NCBI GenBank assembly: GCA_043228905.1
Contig: JBHGNT010000012.1
Coordinates: 14,446,001 to 14,510,000 of the forward strand
DNA from: Azolla caroliniana
Taxonomy: Eukaryota > Plantae > Polypodiophyta
Length of the DNA: 64,000 bases
Direction of reading: 5' to 3'
Of the stretch, positions 62,114-64,000 are shown one piece after another. The notes beneath the pieces are model-generated. The model searched no databases. It was not told where the DNA came from and was given only the letters and a program-made list of their open reading frames with translations. Position 1 is the first letter of the stretch. Each line of letters opens with the position of its first letter. The translations under genes and the position numbers were made by a program.

Positions 62114-64000
62114 TGTTGGGATTTCGGTCCCTTCGGATGGGATGGTCAGATGTCGGAAATGAATCCCGGTTTCGGTTTCGGATCCGGATGACGAAGACCC
62201 CAGCTTCGGTGCCGGATGACGAATGTACCCGGAGAGCGATCCGGATGCAGAGACATATCCGTGAATATGTTCGCTATGGGCCCCTGAGGCTATAGTTGTA
62301 AATAGCCCAAAGTCATATAAGTATAAATATGACTTAGGGCAAACTGTTTTGTGGTTGCTACTCATTTTTCTGTTTTTCCACTCAAGAGGAGTGAAGAGAG
62401 AGCAGCCGTGAGAGAGAGAGAGAGATAGAGCGCGAGAGACGAAGAGGTAGACGCCTCTGTGTATTTCCGCCGCCTGTGGCGAGGACAGCGAGCTCAAGGT
62501 CGTCGCCTTGCAGCTCGCCATTGTATACTTCTCTGTATAGTGTTGGTTTGGAGTCTTGTACTCCCGTGGTTTTTCCCGTCTAGGGTTTTCCACGTTAATC
62601 CCTGTGTGCTCGCGTTTTTTATTGTTTCTCCGTGTGGTTCCTATTTTCTGCTACATTGATCCGCGATTAATCGGTTGTGGCCGAGTGGTGAAGGTGAATC
62701 CAGAAGCGTCGATTCCCAACAATCTGGTATCAGAGCGAGCTGTTGCAGAAAATGGAAGGCGGCGACAGCGGGCAGCCGGGGATGATGGTGCTGAATGCGC
62801 AGAATTACGCCGACTGGAAGATCAAGATGGAGGATCTTCTGATTGTTCGGGACCTGTACGAACCGATTGACAGGTCGGAAATACCGAAGGGGGTACTTGA
62901 GTCGGAGTGGAAGCTCCTGAACCGGAAAGCCGTAGCGACGATCCGACAATATGTCGATGTAAGCGTCCTACAACATGTGGCGAACGACACCAACGCATAT
63001 GAGATGTGGAAGAAGCTGTCGGGCCTCTACGAGAGGAAGAATGCGTTGAACCGGACCTCCCTGATGAGGAAGATAGTGAACCTCAAGTACCGGGACGGCG
63101 AGAGTATGGTTGAACACGTAAGCACGTTCATGGGATTCGTGAACCAGCTTGCGGCGATTAAGTTCCCGTTGGAGGATGCAATGCAAGCCATCATTCTGAT
63201 GTGCACATTACCGGAAAGCTGGGAGAACTTGGTGGTGACTCTCAGCACCTCCTGCACCGAAGATAACCTGTCCTTACAAACGGTAAAGACAAGTATTTTG
63301 AACGAAGAAGCGTGTCGGAGAGATAAAGAACCGGCCTCCGACTCGAAGGCGCTGCTTACCGAATCGGATCGGGGAAGACAATGGAACCGGAGTCCGCAAA
63401 GACGGGAGAAGTCGGGGACCCGGTCGCAGTCAAGAGGAAGGCCTACATGCTTCCACTGTGGGAAGCCGAGGCACTTCCGAAAGAATTGTCGGCATTATCG
63501 AAAAGACAACGGAGCCGACGACACCGATTCGAAGAAGTCACCGGAGAGAAACGGTGCATACCGGGGAGCCACGGACCGGAGAGGTTCGGATCGGCGAGGG
63601 CAGAACCGGAAAGGAACAACGGCACTCGCGGCAAGTGAGGAAGAAATCATGCTCATCACCGAAGAAGGTGAACTAAACATTGCCGGTGATGAGACGACCT
63701 GGGTGGTCGATTCCGGAGCATCGTTCCACCTGACCCCGGAGAGAAGATACTTCTCATCCTACACAGCCGGTGAGCATGGCTGTGTTCGGATGGGAAATGA
63801 AGGTACGTGCCGGATTGCCGGCATCGGAGACGTGTGGCTGACAACCCCGACCGGATGCAAAATGCTGTTGAAGGATGTCCGACACGTTCCGGAGGTTCGA
63901 TTGAACCTGATTTCAGCCGGGAGGCTAGACGATGAAGGCTACACAGGTAGCATCCGGAACGGCGTAATGAAGTTCAGCAAGGGGAGCCTGATAGTGGCTC
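62114..64000 (+). mobile_element. Young Ty1/Copia element E (related to C): 5' LTR 62114-62721, PBS, and gag-pol ORF open from 62752 to the window end
   Basis: TGTTGGGA...TCCCAACA LTR and PBS TGGTATCAGAGC. MEGGDSGQPGMMVLNAQNYADWKIKMEDLL...CFHCGKPRHFRKNC...WVVDSGAS, with no stop seen. Confidence 0.93.

Overview
Eukaryotic (land-plant) nuclear DNA. A non-seed plant such as a fern is likely, but this is inferred only from the PLS-PPR style, the RTEX-like LINEs and a Tcn1-like chromovirus. Most of the window is retrotransposon-derived. There are three host loci: a disrupted PLS/E-class PPR gene (+, ~7.5-10.9 kb), a 12-exon 3beta-hydroxysteroid dehydrogenase/C4-decarboxylase-reticulon gene (-, 12973-17181) and a 9-exon Pumilio/PUF gene (+, 46700-52331). 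Between the last two, an old Ty1/Copia element (~24.6-41.8 kb) is split by two TSD-flanked related Copia copies (one containing a third Copia) and by two solo LTRs with 4-bp TSDs. Also present are several RTEX-like LINE copies, chromovirus remnants, hAT-like and Mutator-like MITEs, a young Copia running off the right edge, and a 100-N gap. The most notable observations are: decayed tRNA-like (A-box/B-box) cassettes built into LTRs of at least two families; a covarying 3' stem-loop shared by otherwise divergent LINE families; a C-terminal LINE domain carrying a PIP-box; a CG in place of an AG splice acceptor in the sterol gene; and Pumilio-element enrichment in the Pumilio 3' UTR. All calls were made by eye, without database searches.
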